Shown in pieces: positions 61,587 through 64,000 of a stretch of DNA of 64,000 nucleotides. Under the pieces are notes generated by a model, which saw only the letters and a program-made list of their open reading frames with translations, was not told the DNA's origin and did not search any database. How positions within the stretch are numbered: the stretch's first letter is position 1; each line of letters begins with the position of its first letter. Position numbers and translations under genes: made by a program. Origin of the DNA: Massalongia carnosa (lineage: Eukaryota); NCBI GenBank assembly GCA_965645245.1, contig OZ287083.1, forward strand, positions 434,001-498,000. Reading direction: 5' to 3'.

Positions 61587-64000
61587 GACTACTGCTCCCT
61601 ACCGCTGCTGCAACCTCGTGCATCATGTCGTGTTGCGCCTGTGAAAAAAAACCCGATATCACTTGATTGTTACTGTGATGAAAGGATGAGATGAGACATT
61701 GTGATGCCCTTTCTTGCGTGATATTCGAAACGCTGAGTTGTCGTCGTCGTGACCCGTCTTGAAACCCACACATATGCCGAAGGGATGGCTAGCTTCTTGA
61801 CAACGTGCTTGCTCTGTGCTTGTTTACATGATCGATGAATGTTCGTGACTGTCACATCACTGGCCTTGGGAAAAACCATTTCCACATAGCTTTACCCAGC
61901 CGTCTACTTCTCTCCTGCTTGCTTGCTTGCTTGCTCAACTCCGGGATGGATGCATCTAATGTCGACGACCAAATTCAACCATTTTGAAATCAGTCTGGAA
62001 GCGGGATTCACTGATTTTTTTTTCTCGAACTGTCACTGATAATGATTCATGGTGCACTGAGGGGTATTGGACATTGTTCCTCCAAACTGCCAGCGGCATT
62101 GACGGGCTTTAGGAAACGCATAACCATCAGCTAATGATCCTAAAGAGAAATCCTACTAACTTTCATCTCTCATGCTCGGGAATGTAAGATACTCAAGCCC
62201 TGTCTTTACTTCAGTAGAGCATTTTTCACATTAATGGCTCGTTTTTTCTTCTTTTTTTTCTTTCCTTCTTTCGTTTCTCTTCTTCTCCCCACTACAATAA
62301 CAAAACCTTGACGTATGCACCAATGTGGTGAAAATCTAGAAGGGAAATGGTGATGGAACGCAAAGTTCATCCAAAACTGATTTGGTTTCATGAATGGGCT
62401 CTTTCGCCTTTTGGCATCCAGAGTCTCTGCTTCTATTTAATTAGGTTCTTTAAAGTAATTGACATAAGGGGCTATGGAACGACAATCTTGTTCTTTTTGT
62501 CCCAAGGCACAATCGATCGTTGTGACTGATGTAAACCGCCACACCCCCGCAGCTCCCTCGTGAGACTTCCGCCTGCCAGATCGAGGGTATGGGACGTGTT
62601 GAAAGTGTGGATTCTACTACTGTACGGTTTGGGCGTTCATACACACTACGTGATACCTAGGGACGTTGAGAGGGGGAGGGGGGGTAGTTCCCTACATACC
62701 TACCTATGAGAACCCTAAACTCAGACGCTCCTTACAAGAACGCATGTACGCCGATCGCATTCCATCCCAATATTTCCCTCTCTCCCCCACACCTTTAGAC
62801 CCCCAAACGAATGTCGCACTTCTCCCCCCTTGTTTTCTATATCATTCCAGCAGCAGGTTCCTGCTGTAAGTTTCCATTTTTTCAGCGAGAGCAAAATGCT
62901 AGCTTATTATATGTACTAGCTGGACTGATCATAAGCGGACTTGAGGGTATGGGTTGACTGACCGGGCTTAGATGGATGGATGAGTGGATTTTTTGAGGAG
63001 GAAGGGGGTTGGTGGAAGAGAATGTTTGGTACTGAGAGGGGTGGTTAGAGCTGGAGGACTAGGTCATCTTTATGCCTACCGAGTTATGGAATGTTTTGAG
63101 CTTATTCTGTATGCTAGGGGATATCAAGTTACAATTCTCCGAGGAAGGGATTTAGGGAGAATAGGGTTCCTGCTTTGAGCTGGTCCTTGGATGGAAATAC
63201 ATGATGGCGAAGGGATACAGATTTTACTCGCAGAGTGTTCCAATGATTTTGTCATGTTTTGTCAACGTAGTAAGGGATTTTGGTTGTGGTTATTTCATGG
63301 CCCCAGCTACAGCTAGGGAGCGATCACGGGGGTCCTGGTGGGGATATGGCAACGCGATGAACGGTTTAGGAGTCAGACAGGAGAGGTTGGTGATAATTCA
63401 ACTGTTTTACTTGGTTAATTCAACCGGTAGAATCCCGAGCGCCCTGAACTTTAACTTCAATCCTGTCACTGAATAAGCAGCCTAATACGGCGCTGATGTC
63501 TTTCTTATAAGACATAGTATATCAACCCAAACTACCTCATAGACGTCTGTCTTTGTGGAAGATTGCACTTTTCTTCCTTTATGAAATTAACCGTTTCAAC
63601 TACCTTGAAATCAATGTTCCTTATAGCCTTGTTGGCTCCGCCTCAAGTCCTCAGTATTATTCCCTTTTTATATCGTCTATCCTCCATAGCTATATGCGCA
63701 CGCGGCATTGCTTGAGCAGTTTCTGTTTTCCTGAATAACTTTATCATCATTTCTCCCTTCCTCCCTGGTATCGTTCCTAAGTGCTGCAGTATCTTCGTGT
63801 CTTGTGGTGAAACAAAAGGTCATAAAATCTCAACCTAGCAGCACAGATATACATATGGTCTTGATGCCTTAAGCCCTGCTTTTGATGTTTCGATTAGGAG
63901 TCGGAAAAAAGAAACCCTGACTAGATATGTGCCGAGTCAAGTCTAGCCAAGTTTTTCGACGATACACCTGATAGCTAGGGACGTTTCTTTGAAAACTTTG

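Noticed and set aside
1..64000. tRNA, rRNA, CRISPR array, telomeric repeats, Starship captain or biosynthetic gene cluster
   Set aside because: No cloverleaf, rRNA signature, repeat-spacer array, TTAGGG array, tyrosine recombinase or PKS/NRPS motif was recognised by eye.

Overview
Gene-dense nuclear DNA from a filamentous ascomycete (Pezizomycotina), judged by short GT-AG introns with CTRAC-type branch points and fungal orthologues. Housekeeping genes: anthranilate synthase TRP2, LSM1, complex I 51-kDa subunit, RIB3, RPB3, DIC1, frataxin, VMA2, a PtaB/Mfg1-type LIM-binding regulator with a Q40 tract, ureG and a KH-domain RNA-binding protein. Accessory material: (1) a head-to-head pair of paralogous disordered 'LEA-like' genes with a shared C-terminal beta-strand motif, the same intron position and symmetric CRE-like sites; (2) an intronless secreted protein whose bulb-type lectin module is split by a Ser/Thr-rich spacer, with Kex2-type dibasic sites and an unknown C-terminal domain, the most intriguing locus here; (3) a nearly intact Tad1-like LINE with a 14-bp target-site duplication and an ATGA ORF1/ORF2 overlap; (4) a small TIR element (MITE); (5) two protein-kinase pseudogenes; (6) a large repeat-containing MYND-like zinc-finger gene. 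No tRNA, rRNA or CRISPR array was recognised. All family assignments come from motif recognition by eye; no database searches were run.
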